From assembly GCA_013416795.1 (NCBI GenBank), contig RQSC01001312.1, forward strand, positions 3,640-67,639: a stretch of 64,000 nt of DNA, in the 5' to 3' direction. Of the stretch, positions 9,800 through 21,078 are shown piece by piece. Source of the DNA: Prasinococcaceae sp. CCMP 1430. Taxonomy: Eukaryota; Plantae; Prasinodermophyta. The notes beneath the pieces were generated by a model, which searched no databases, was not told the origin of the DNA, and saw only the letters and a program-made list of their open reading frames with translations. How positions within the stretch are numbered: the stretch's first letter is position 1; each line of letters opens with the position of its first letter. Position numbers and translations under genes: made by a program.

Positions 9800-10638
9800 T
9801 CACGCCGGCGCGCCGCCGTCCGAAGCGGCCGCGTCGCCGGAGGTGACGGCTCCCTGTGCCAGCGCGCGAGCTTCCCGTCAGAGAGCTTGCTCACGCGCGT
9901 GTGTGTATGCGCGTGGGTCTGCATGCGTGTGCGTGTGCTCGTGTGAGACGCGCACGCACCTCAATTGGCTCCTCGTTGGCCAGCGCCGCTGTGGCCTCGA
10001 GCTGCTGCCTGAGCGTAGTGCGCAGGTCCTGGAACTCCGTGCGTAGCTGCTCGACCTCGGCGTTGAGCGTCGTGCGCAGCTCGCCGAGCTCGGAGCGGTA
10101 CGTGCGGACCTGTGTGTGCAAGAGTGGTCAGCGCATGCGAGCACGCGCTGTCGTGCACGCACGCGCGGGCCTGCATTCGAATGCTCGCTCGAGCACGGCC
10201 TCTCTTGAGAGCGCACCTGCGTGTCGAGCTTCCCGCGCCAATCGGCAAGGTCCTTCTTGAGCGTGTTGACGCGCCCGAGGAGCTCGTTGCGGCTCTCCTG
10301 CAGCTCGGCGAGCTGCGCTGTCTCCGCTTGGAACTTGTCCGCGCCGGCCTGCACTCGTGCGCGCATGCGCACAAAGGCCCAGGCGCGCGTGCGCGCGCGC
10401 GTCCGAGCGTGCGCGCGCGCGTGTGTGCGAGCGTGAGTTAGTCCAAGTGACGTCGTGCGTCTGCGCGCGGCGCGAGCTGCGCGGGCACTCGCGCTTTCTC
10501 TGAGGACTTTCCGAGCCGAGCCTGCGCCTGCGCCCGTGTCGACGCGCACGAATGAGAGCGTGCGCTCGCGCGCGACCGCGCACGCACCTCGAGCGCCTCG
10601 GGCATGCCGCCGCCCTCGGTCGCCGGCTGCAGCGCCAT
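9800..10638 (-). CDS. Small four-exon coiled-coil protein of a green-lineage type
   Basis: MALQPATEGGGMPEALE|AGADKFQAETAQLAELQESRNELLGRVNTLKKDLADWRGKLDTQ|VRTYRSELGELRTTLNAEVEQLRTEFQDLRTTLRQQ...EPIE|GAVTSGDAAASDGGAPA*; three GTGCG..CAG introns. Recalls plant proteins containing LKQDLQxWRxKLDTQVK. Confidence 0.75.
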
Positions 10639-11048
10639 CGCGCCGCCGACGCCGCCGACGCTCGGACACGCTTTGCGACGCGGCGCGCCCCGCCCGCGCG
10701 CGGAGTGGCGCCTTTCGCCACCTCGCCACGCAATCCACGGCACGCGCGCCTCCCACGAGCACACAGGCGACGCACCAGCCCCCGCCCACCCCCGCGAGCA
10801 CGCACGTACGTACGCGCGCGGGCGCGCCAGCGGGCGCGCGCGCGCGGGGGAACGCGAACGCCCCCGCCCGCGCGCCGAAATGGACCATTTCCGCGAATTG
10901 CTTTCGAATAATACCGTTACGCGCTCACGTTTTTTCATATTTGAATTTTCGCGGGAGCCCAATTTTCGTCTGCGGCGCTTTTTTCCGGCGGGGCGTTTTC
11001 GGACGGCTTTAGCCGAAGCCGAAGCCGCATCGAGGGATCCCGGAATGG

Positions 11049-11296
11049 GCCGGGTCACACCTGGTTCAACTCGGGGCTTCACCCCATCGACACCCGCTCC
11101 ATCCCCGGGTGTGTCGACGCCCCTCGGGGGTTTGACCCCGGGCACGCGGCTCGAAAGGGCGCGCGACATCCAAAACGGCGAACCCGGGATGAGCCGGTCG
11201 ACACCCGGTTCAATTCATCCATCCCGTCATCGAACCGCTCCCTACCCGGGTGTGTCGATGCCCCTAGGGGGTTTGACCCAGGGCACGCGGCTCGAA
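11049..11296. repeat. Two diverged ~143-bp tandem units, followed by (TCAAAA)n at about 11299-11380
   Basis: GCCGG(G)TC..ACAC(C/T)GGTTCAA at 11049 and 11193; CCGGGTGTGTCGA(C/T)GCCCCT(C/A)GGGGGTTTGACCC(C/A)GGGCACGCGGCTCGAA ending at 11155 and 11296. Confidence 0.85.
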
Positions 11297-11676
11297 TCCC
11301 AATCAAAATCAAAATCAAAATCAAAATCAAATTCGGGGAGTTTCGAATCGAAAAGAAAACCCTTAAAATCAAAATCAAAAAGCCGACGCGCGCGGGCGTA
11401 CACGTCGCCTGCCGGGCGCGGCGCCCACCAGCCGAATTTGGATGCGCGTACTGCGTTTATCGAATCCATTTGATGTACATATGAATGACCTTGCAAAATG
11501 CAGAATATATTTGGGTTGGTCATAAAATGTGAAAAGTGCGTGGTTGGGGAGTGTGCGTCTGAGCGTGTATGCGAGCGGGTGTGTGGGTGGGTGTGTGGGT
11601 GGGTGCACGCGCGCTCACGTGCCACACCGTGCGCGCGAGCTCTGCCGCGCCGCCCTCCCCCCCCCTCCCGGCCGCC

Positions 11677-13194
11677 ATGGCGTCGCTCATGACGCCCTTC
11701 GCCGCCAAGGCGTCGCCGCTGCTGCCCGCGCCGCGCCGCGCCGCGGCCGTCGCCAAGCAGATGTCGCCGCTGTCGACCAAGAAGCGCATCCGCCAGGACG
11801 CCGCGCGCCGCGTGGAGAACAAGTCCAAGCTCTCCGAGGCGCGCACGTACATGAAGAAGGTGCGCGCGAGCGGGCGGTGGCGCGCCAGCGGGAGCGCGCT
11901 CGCGCGCGTGGGGGAAGGGTGGGCGCGCGAGAGGGAGGGACAGAGTGGGAGCGAGAGCGGCCCAGCGCGCGCTGGTGTGCGGAGCGCGGGCGCACGCGCC
12001 TCGCCCCGAGCGCTCGCGCGAGCGAGCGTGTGGGGCGGAGAAGGAGGGAGCGCTCGCGCAGGCGCACGTGCGGACGGCGCGCGCGGCGCGCTGCGCGTGG
12101 TGGCCGCGCCCGACACCGAGGAGGAGGTGGAGGACCCGCTCGCGCCGCCGGAGGAGTGGACGTCGCCCAAGCCAGGGCGCCGCCCGGACATCTTCCCCGA
12201 GTTCGATAAGCTCAAAACGCCGCCGCCGCGCGAGATGCCCGGCGACCCGCCGCTCCCCGAGGAGGAGGAGGAGGACGAGTTCGCCGAGCCCGCGCCCGAG
12301 GAGGACCCGGACAACCCGGACGACCCCGACAGGGATCCGGACGAGGACGAGCCCGAGCCGGAGAAGGATCAGCCGCCCGAGTGAGCGGGCAGCGCGCGCG
12401 CGTGCCCTATCCCCCTTCCCCACCTTTCCCTCCGAGCCGTAACTACAGGCACGCACTCGCCGGCCTTCGCGCGGCGCCGCACGAGAGCGCGCCCCTCGCT
12501 GCGCCCGCCAGACTGCGCGCGAGTGGGTCTGGTGAGTGGCGCGACGCGACGTGCGCGCGGGGGCCGACGCGCGCCGAGGAGGCTTCCGGGGTCGGACGCG
12601 TGCGTGTGCGTGTGAGCAGGGGAGGCGGGGAGTCGGGGGGTGCGGGCCTAGGGCGAATCAGGAGGCCGCGCGGCGCTGCCGCAGCCGGCGGCGCGGCCCT
12701 CCCCCTGCGGCGCCCACCCCCGGCGCTCGGACCCGAGCGCATGGGCCTCGCGCTCGCCCGCGTGCGTGCCGCCCGTGCCCTCGCGATCGCCTTCCCCCGC
12801 GCGCTCGCGGTGCGCGCTCGAACGCGACGGCGCGCCAGTGGGCTCGCTGCGGGGGGTGGTTGCATGCGGACCGCCGGGGGGGGCGAAGGAACGGCTGGGC
12901 GGCCGGTGTGGAGGCGGGCGTCGCTGCGCACGCGCTGCGATTGGTGCGCGACTGGTGACAAGGCCGGTGCTGACCCCGCTGCTCGCGCTCGCGCAGACCA
13001 TGGAGGGCTTCAACACCGCCGCTTTCATGAAGGACGCCTCGAAGGCTGAGGAGGCGCAGAAGACCATGAACGTCGCCTTCCAGAAGATCGACAAGCTCAC
13101 CAAGGCCAACATCATGACCTCCAACACGGCCGCGCGCCGCAAGGCCAAGCTTGCGCGTGCGCGCGCCAGCGCGCTCGAGGCCGTCTCCGAGTGA
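11677..13194 (+). CDS. PRPS20: Plastid 30S ribosomal protein S20; exons 11677-11859 and 12997-13194
   Basis: Transit peptide, then STKKRIRQDAARRVENKSKLSEARTYMKK|TMEGF...AFQKIDKLTKANIMTSNTAARRKAKLAR. Donor GTGCGC, branch GCTGAC, acceptor CAG; phase 0 on both sides. Confidence 0.9.
12062..12384 (+). CDS. Acidic Pro/Glu-rich protein of unknown function, located inside the PRPS20 intron; no ATG of its own
   Basis: VVAAPDTEEEVEDPLAPPEEWTSPKPGRRPDIFPEFDKLKTPPPREMPGDPPLPEEEEEDE...PPE*; strong GC3 coding signature. The GRRPDIFP-x-F motif recalls uncharacterised plant plastid proteins. Confidence 0.7.
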
Positions 13195-13329
13195 GCGCGC
13201 CTGCGTGCTCGCGTACGGGGTGGTGTAACTAATTGATCTACTACTACTACCGCGGCTGCGACGGGGGAGCTGGCTGGCTGGCTGGCTGGCTGGCTGGCGC
13301 GCGATGCGCGCAGGAAGGGAGCTGGACAG

Positions 13330-13519
13330 CGCGCGCGCGCGCGCGCGCCCACCGCGTCCGCAGTCCTCCGGAATCGCAAGCTAGAGCGTTACACTGCTCC
13401 TCGTATTAGTAGTTGGCGCCGTGGCCACACGCGCGCACTTTCGGACTCTGGCGCGAGCGCCGCTCAATCGGCCTCGGCGCCCGCCAGCTTCTCCTTCTGC
13501 GCGGCCGCGCGCGCGGCGA
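13330..13519. repeat. Exact copy of 22174-22363 (MnmG C-terminus and 3' flank)
   Basis: Identical from a (CG)n run through CCCACCGCGTCCGCAGTCC...GCGCGGCGA. Confidence 0.95.
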
Positions 13520-13902
13520 TGGCGCGGCTGCGCGAGCTGCTCGCGGAGGTCGCCGCCGGCGGCGGCATCGACGATGAGGGCGCGCGGCAGCGAGCGGTGG
13601 AGACCATCGCGAGGGCGCTCGGGCGGCTCTCCACGGGAAAGGTGTGTGTGTGTTTGCCTGTGTGTGTGTATGTGTGTGTGTGTGTGTGTGTGTGTTTGGG
13701 TCTAAGAGAGTCTGGGTGGTGGTGACTTATCAGCTGACTCCGACCCCACCACCGCCACACACGCACATACACGCGCGCGCAACAGGTGCCCGCGAGCGAG
13801 GTCGACGAGATCAGGACGCTCCTCATCGAGCAGCAGCCGCCACTGCATGCCGCAGCCGCCGTGGCACTGCTCAGCGCGCAGCTGACGATGGCGGGGATGT
13901 GA
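13519..13902 (+). CDS. Two-exon helical protein fragment of unknown function; (GT)n intron 13642-13785
   Basis: MARLRELLAEVAAGGGIDDEGARQRAVETIARALGRLSTGK|VPASEVDEIRTLLIEQQ...MAGM*; begins exactly at the end of the duplicated block. Confidence 0.5.
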
Positions 13903-14068
13903 GCGTAAAGCTTGCGCGCGTCGGCATGTGCACGCCTGAGTCCTCGCGTGTGTCCTTACGTGCGAGCGTGCGTGTATGTGTGTGTGTGCGTGTGTGTGTG
14001 TGTGTGTTCATGCGCGTGTGTGTGTGTGTGTGTGCGCGCGCGGGCGCACGCGCGGGGCCTGTCTGCCC

Positions 14069-14365
14069 TCATGCCTGGTCCATGAGGTCGAGCAGATCGT
14101 CTCCCCCTTCATCGCCCGCGCCGTCACCGCCCACGTCGAGGTCCGCAACGAGCGACGTAAGGCCCTCCGCGGCCACACGCGCGCCCGACGCGGCGCTCGT
14201 CGCATCGATGACGAGCGCGTCCGCCGCGCCGGCGAACTGCGCGCGGGGAGCGCGCGTGTGGCAGCGCCTGTTAGCAGGTCTCATGCCCGCGCGCACGAAC
14301 GTGCATTTGGTGTGTGCGTCGTGCGCGTCTGTGTGTATGTGTGTGTGTGCGTCGTGCGCGTCTGT

Positions 14366-14439
<74 letters not shown>

Positions 14440-14492
14440 GTGTGTTTGTGTGTGTCTGTGTGTGTGCGTGTGTGTGTGCGTGTGTGTCTGTG

Positions 14493-14555
<63 letters not shown>

Positions 14556-14576
14556 GTGTGTGCGTGTGTGTCTGTG

Positions 14577-14642
<66 letters not shown>

Positions 14643-15100
14643 CGCGCGCGCAGGTGCGCCTTCGCTGCAACGCGCCTTCCCTCGGCGGTCCCTTCGCCGC
14701 CCTTGGAGGCCAGCATGGAGGCCAGCACCTCGAGGTGGCGCACGGTGACGTCCACGAGCGCCTCGGGGCGCGTGCACCAGAGCACCTGGTACTTGAGCCC
14801 CATGGTCATGAGCGCGTAGAGCTTGTCCATCGAGTTGGCGGAGAGCCTCATGATGCTCGAGTGCGCCAGCTTGTCGAAGACGAGGCGCATCGCCCAGCTC
14901 GAGTACACCTCCTGCGGCCTGAAGAGCTCCTCGAGGAAGGACCGCTTGAGGAGGTTGGCGACCACGTCGCCGAGCACCTTGGCGGCCTGGTCGTCGGGGA
15001 TGCCCTGCGCGCTGAGGCGCCGCTCGAGGACGTAGAGCATCTCGCCGCCGAGGTTGAGGACGAGCAGCGGCATGGCCAGGCGCGCGCCCGCGCGGGCCAT
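14069..15100 (-). CDS. OSCP1: OSCP1 (organic solute carrier partner 1); one intron filled with (CA)n
   Basis: MPLLVLNLGGEMLYVLERRL...LEELFRPQEVYS...KLAHSSIMRLSANSMDKLYALMTMGLKYQV; last exon FAGAAD...DQA* follows CTAAC...CAG. Confidence 0.9.
14300..14642. repeat. Long imperfect (GT/CA)n microsatellite in the OSCP1 intron
   Basis: More than 300 bp of near-pure GT dinucleotide. Similar tracts at about 13642-13695, 15170-15370, 15530-15610, 15885-15935, 18290-18770 and 45831-45915. Confidence 0.97.
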
Positions 15101-15247
15101 CGCGGCGCGCGCGCGCGGGCGCGCGCGCGAGCGTGTGCGTGTGCGGTCGCGCTTGTGTGTGGCGAGCGCGCGCGCATACACACACGCGCGCACACACACG
15201 CGCACGCACGCACACACACGCACGCACGGGCGCACGCGCGCACACAC

Positions 15248-15279
<32 letters not shown>

Positions 15280-15299
15280 GCACACACACAGGCACACAC

Positions 15300-15367
<68 letters not shown>

Positions 15368-15581
15368 GCGCACGGACGCCCGCGCCGGTTTGGGGTTTAG
15401 GTTTTCCCGTTTTAAGGTTTTGTGCCGTCTGATGGTAGTAGGGTCCATCTCGTTCGAAATTTGGGTTCACAGAAAATGTTTACTGTACAGAAGATAGGGT
15501 CCATCATGGTCGCGCTGGTGTACGACGCCGTGTGTGTGTGCTGTGTGTGTGTGCTGTGTGTGTGCTGTGTGTGTTGTGTGC

Positions 15582-15613
<32 letters not shown>

Positions 15614-15895
15614 GGGCGTCGACCGTGTGTGCACAGCGCGCGCGCGCTGTGCGAGTCCGCCCGGCGCCCGCGCCGCCGCGGAAAGCTCGACCCTTACCTC
15701 AGCAGGCACAGCAGGTACTTCGTGCGAGACGCCGGCGGGCGCCGACGAGGCCGCCTCGCTCGCCGACGGGCGCGCCGCCGCCCTCCCAACGCACATGGCC
15801 GGCGAGCACGCGAGCACGCCCCTCACCCCCTCCCACACGCACACACGAGGTGCCTGAACGTAGTACACCCCCGCACACCAGCATGCACACACACG

Positions 15896-15927
<32 letters not shown>

Positions 15928-16334
15928 CACACACATCCGCGCCGTGCGCGCGCGCGGCACACGCGGCGTGAGGGCCGCCAAGGGGCGCGCACGCGCGCCC
16001 TTTCAGCTGATACCGCAACTAAATTATTCCGTTTATTATTTTAATAATACATGACAAATTATATTTTATATCGCGTAATTACATGGAATTGAGGCGTTGC
16101 TCGCCGCGCGTGGAGTGCGCGCGCGAAAGCGCGGGCGTGTGGCGCGCGCGCGCCCGAAGGGGCGCTCCCTCCCTCCCTGCCGCTCCCGCTCCCGGGGCGC
16201 TCGGTCGGTAGCGGGGGGGGAGGTGGGGGGGGGAGGAGGTCCGGCCGCGCGCCACAGCGACGGCCCGCCACGCCCGCGGCTCGAGGCAGGCACGACGGAT
16301 TACGGCGGGCGCGTCAGCCCGTACCCGCGCGGCG

Positions 16335-17709
16335 ATGGCGGCGACCGCGCAGACCCTGGCGCTGTTCGGGAGGGCGCCGGCGTCCAAGGCGCCCAAGAGG
16401 GGCGCCGCGGGGAGGGCCAAGCCCACCAGGCGCGCGGCGCCCAAGCCGGCCAGGAGGGCGCAGCAGCCGCGCAGGGCGGCCAACAGCTGGAACGACCGCG
16501 GCGAAGGCAGTGGCGAGTTTCTTGCCACTGCCACGACTGACAAAGACGGCAACTACACCGCGGCGTTGGCGCTGGTGGCGGCGGCGCTGCTGGCGCAGGT
16601 GCGGCAGCCGCGCGCGCGGCGCACACTGGCAGGCGCATAGCCCCTCCAGAAAGACGCGCGCGCGAGTGCGTGCGCGCGCGCGAGCGCGCCGCTTCAGAGA
16701 CCGCGCGCGCGGCGGGCACCACGCGTCCGCGTGGCATCTGACTGGGCGTCTTGCCCGCCAACTCGCCGCCTTCTGACGCGTGCAGCAATCCCAACAACAA
16801 CAGGAATCGCCGGCAGTGGCAGAGCCTCCGACTGTCCAGGAGGTGAGCGCCTCGACTGGTGACGGCGCCGTCGAGGCTGTTGCGGCCGTGGCGGAGGCCG
16901 CGGAGGCGGAGGCGCCGCCCGTCGAGGTCGAGGAGGCGCAGGCGCCGGCCGTCGAGGTCGTTGTGCCGGCGGAGCAGACGAAGAAGACGGTCGAGAGCGC
17001 GCGCGAGCGCCAGGCGAGCCAGCGGGCCGACCGAGAGGCCAGGGCCGCCGCCATCGCCGAGGCAAAGGCTGCGAAGAAGGCCGAGCTCGCCGAGGCTAGG
17101 GCGGCCGACAAGGCGCGCAAGGCCGAGCGCATCGCTTCGTTCCGGGCGAAGGCGGCCGAGCGCGACACCGCGCGGGAGGACGCGACGCGTGTTGGCCTTG
17201 AGAATCGCCAGCAGGTCCTCCAGGAGGCGCGCGAGGCCCGCAAGGTCACCATTGCCCAGCGCGCCGCCGAGAAGAAGGCCGCGCAGGAGGAGCGGGAGGC
17301 GGCGGCCAACGCCGTCAGGGCCGAGCGCGAGGAGGCCGCCCGCGTCAAGCGCGAGGAGCAGGCCGCGCGCCAGCAGGCGGCCCGGGAGGCGGCCGCCGTC
17401 AAGGCCGCCAAGCGCGCCGAGGAGGCCGCAGCCAGGAAGGAGGCCGAGGCGGCGGCGAAGGCGGCGGCGAAGGCGGAGCGCGGCGAGACGGCCGCCAGCG
17501 GCGCCGAGGATGGCGACGGCAACGACCTGACCACCTTCGGCGCGGCGTTCGTGCTGGGCTTCGCGGCACCCGCCGCCGCCTTCTTCAAGATGCGCTCTGG
17601 CGGCGACGACTCGGACGGCAAGGACGGCGACGACAAGGCGAAGAAGGACGCCGCCAAGGCTGACGACAAGGAGCTCGTCAAGGCGTCCGCGGACAAGAAG
17701 GACTCGTGA
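16335..17709 (+). CDS. Probable plastid protein with two hydrophobic segments and an Ala/Glu/Arg/Lys coiled coil; intron 16599-16785
   Basis: Transit-like MAATAQTLALFGRAPASKAPKR; TM AALALVAAALLAQ; EAARK-type helical repeats; TM FGAAFVLGFAAPAAAFF. CTGAC branch point. Confidence 0.7.
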
Positions 17710-18664
17710 GCGGCGCCAGCTGCTAGAGGCGGCAGGCCCTGATGCCCCAGGCCGCGAAGAGCGCCACCTCGCGCAAAGGCGGCGGCGGCGGCGGCGGCGC
17801 CAGCGCGTGCCTAGGATCTCACACACCACATGCCTACACCATACAACACGCACGTAGACATTTTTTCTTCGTCCTCCCGCACCACGCACACCGCGTCGCA
17901 GGCGCGAGCCTCGAAGGGCGCCACCCCGCGCTGCCGCTGCTGCGGCGGCGGTGCAGTGGGGGGGATCTCGCACACACGCCTGCGCCACGCAACACGCGCG
18001 AGGACAATCATCCCTCCCCCTTCCCGTGCGCGCACGCACACACACGGGCACGAGCCTCGCGCGAGCGCGCAGGTGCAGCAGCCTCGCGCCGCGCCTGCTC
18101 GAGCTCTCCAACTCGCAGACGGACGGCGGCACGTTCACCCTCATTTCCGTTTGTGTAAATAAAGCAATTTGACGTCGAATATGCTCTCCCGTGGGTGAAA
18201 AGTTCAATGTTTGACGTGCGTTTCGGGTGCGGGTGGGGAGGTCTGGCTGCGCTCGCCACAGCGCGTGCGCTGAGCGCTGCACGCGCACGCACACACACAC
18301 ACGCACACACACACACGCACACACACACAAACGCCTATACACGCACGCACACACACACACATACACACACGCGTATACACGCGCACGCACGCCAGCGCGC
18401 GCTCACAGGTGGCCACGCTCGGCGCGCGCGCGCGCCCGCGCCCTGACGAGCATACACACACACAGGAGAGAGCACACACGCGCGCGCCCGCACGCACACA
18501 CGCGAGCGCAGCGGATGGGCGCCTCGCGCGGCGTGGTGCCCGTTGACGTGGCGGTGCACTCGCGCGACGCCGGCGCTGCGCCGCGGCGCGAGCGCGTGTG
18601 GGTGGAGGTGCCCGCCGAGGCGGCGGCTGGTGCGTGCATGCGCGCGCGCACACACACACAGCAC

Positions 18665-18708
<44 letters not shown>

Positions 18709-19699
18709 CGCACACACACACACACACAACACGCCCACGCGCGCGCGCGCATGCACACACACTGACACATACACGCACACGCCTCTTCGCGCTTCGCAGG
18801 CGCCTCCGGCGCCGCGCCCTCCGCCCCCCCCTTCGGCCGCACGTCGAACGACCGAACCAACTCACTTTTACTTTTAACTGCGCCGCCGCCTCTCCTTCCC
18901 TTTTGCCTGTGTTCCTTTTCCCTTTCTGCGTTGCCTTTGCAGTCGATGCTTCCGATGGCATCTGCGAACTGATGGAAATCGTATCTGTGCAGCACCGAAT
19001 AGCTTGAATGCATGGCATGGACCCTTCAAAAAAGGTGTAACCTGAACTTGGATCATACCCCTAACCTCGCCGCCCTCCCGGCCTCCGCTGATCCCAGACC
19101 ATTGGAACGATCGACATCGGCCGAATGAAGCGGACCCTTCTACGTGTGTGACCTTAAACCGCAAAAGAATCCTAACCTCAACGCCGGCCCCTCCCCCGAT
19201 GATGGGATCGGGCGGATGGCGATCTCGGGTGCCATCGGATCGGAATGCAGGAACTGGACCCTTTCAAAGGCGTGACCTGAACTTGTGACGTACTGTAACC
19301 TCAACCCTCTCTCCTGGTCTTTTTCCGTCAGAGGCCACGTGGGGAGGCCGATTTTTTCTCCCCTTTTTTTTTTTTTTTTGGAGGGGCGGTCCGCGATGGG
19401 CTGATGAGGGGGATGCTGCCTTTTTTTTTTGAAACGCGGGGCGATTTCTGCACGTTTCGCCGGCGCGTCCCGCCTTTTCCCGAGGGCGTTTTGATGGGCG
19501 GTGCGTGCGGGACGGCGAGGATTTCGCGGGGCGCGTTCCGCGTTTTGTGTTTTTGTTTTTTTTTGTTTTTTCCCCGGCGGTTCGAAAATTTCGCGGCCCG
19601 GTGCGCGCGAGAGAGAGGTCGCCGGCGTGCCACAGTGCGGGGCGGCGGCGGCGAGCGCACGGCACGCGCCCCTCCCTCCCCTCGCGCGCCCAGGGCCGG

Positions 19700-19980
19700 C
19701 GAGTCGCTCGCTCTCGCTCGCTCGCTCGCTCGCTCGCTCGCTCGGCCGATCGATCGACCGATCGACCGATCGACCGGCCGATCGATCGCCCCGCGCGGCG
19801 CGAGCGCGGTCAATTTTTTTGTCACCCTCCGCCTTGGTATCAGGGAGCTGAGGCGCAGCACGCCGGCGGCCCCTTGCAAACAAACAAACAAACAAACCAT
19901 TTTTGGGTGGCGTATCGGATGCATGCATGCATGCATGCATGCAGCATGCAGCATGCATGCATGCATGCATGCATGCTTTT
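19700..19980. repeat. Microsatellite cluster: (CGCT)n, (CGAT/CGACCGAT)n, (AAAC)n, (ATGC)n
   Basis: Read directly at about 19704-19743, 19745-19790, 19877-19896 and 19918-19976. Confidence 0.9.
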
Positions 19981-21057
19981 TTCACGCGCTTCGGGAGCGG
20001 GGGGCGTGTCCTCTGACCTCGACTTTTTGTATGGCGCGTATCAATACGCATGCGCAATCGACGACGGTGCGCAGGCGCAGTATCACACTGTACGTACTGT
20101 ACCATCGTGATGGTAAGAAGCCTCTTAGACAAATTATTAGTACTAGAGTCCCGCTACGAATTAGTCCACACAGCCCACTATTAGCTAGCAGCTGGAATGC
20201 GTGCTTTTTGCGATGCCCCGTTTTTGATGGCAATTCCAGGTTGTGTAGTCTATTGGGATTTCGGAGCGGCTGGAATTGATCGATGTGGGTTTTGTTTGTC
20301 GGATTGTTTGACCGGCGGAGAAATTCCCGGGCCGGGCGCCGCGCGCCCGAGGGCGCGCGCGCGCGGGCCACACGGCGTCTGTGTCGAGGCGCACGCCGCN
20401 NNNNNNNNNNNNNNNNNNNNNNNNNNNNNNNNNNNNNNNNNNNNNNNNNNNNNNNNNNNNNNNNNNNNNNNNNNNNNNNNNNNNNNNNNNNNNNNNNNNN
20501 NNNNNNNNNNNNNNNNNNNNNNNNNNNNNNNNNNNNNNNNNNNNNNNNNNNNNNNNNNNNNNNNNNNNNNNNNNNNNNNNNNNNNNNNNNNNNNNNNNNN
20601 NNNNNNNNNNNNNNNNNNNNNNNNNNNNNNNNNNNNNNNNNNNNNNNNNNNNNNNNNNNNNNNNNNNNNNNNNNNNNNNNNNNNNNNNNNNNNNNNNNNN
20701 NNNNNNNNNNNNNNNNNNNNNNNNNNNNNNNNNNNNNNNNNNNNNNNNNNNNNNNNNNNNNNNNNNNNNNNNNNNNNNNNNNNNNNNNNNNNNNNNNNNN
20801 NNNNNNNNNNNNNNNNNNNNNNNNNNNNNNNNNNNNNNNNNNNNNNNNNNNNNNNNNNNNNNNNNNNNNNNNNNNNNNNNNNNNNNNNNNNNNNNNNNNN
20901 NNNNNNNNNNNNNNNNNNNNNNNNNNNNNNNNNNNNNNNNNNNNNNNNNNNNNNNNNNNNNNNGGGGGGGCACCCCACGGCGGCGGCCGGCGGCGCCGCG
21001 CCGTGTGGCATCGGTGTCGCCACGCCCACGCAACCCGGCGGCTGCGCTAAATAAAAT

Positions 21058-21078
21058 AAACCCTAAAATAACCCTAAA
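21058..21078 (+). promoter_or_regulatory. Telo-box / interstitial telomere-like AAACCCTA pair
   Basis: AAACCCTAAA-AT-AACCCTAAA. Confidence 0.5.

Noticed and set aside
13644-15470. Long CV/HT-rich ORFs
   Set aside because: They are translations of (GT/CA)n microsatellites.
15500-18870. Small exon-like pieces among the (CA)n tracts (15690-15780, 17890-18170, 18510-18630)
   Set aside because: Some have splice signals and coding-like codons, but I could not build a consistent gene model or assign a family.
18930-19013. PIF/Harbinger-like IGSIDC motif in ORF 18204-19013
   Set aside because: A six-residue match in AT-rich, UTR-like sequence, with no other DDE motifs or TIRs.
19099-19110. U6 snRNA-like ATTGGAACGAT
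   Set aside because: Only 11 nt match; the ACAGAGA box and the rest of U6 are absent.
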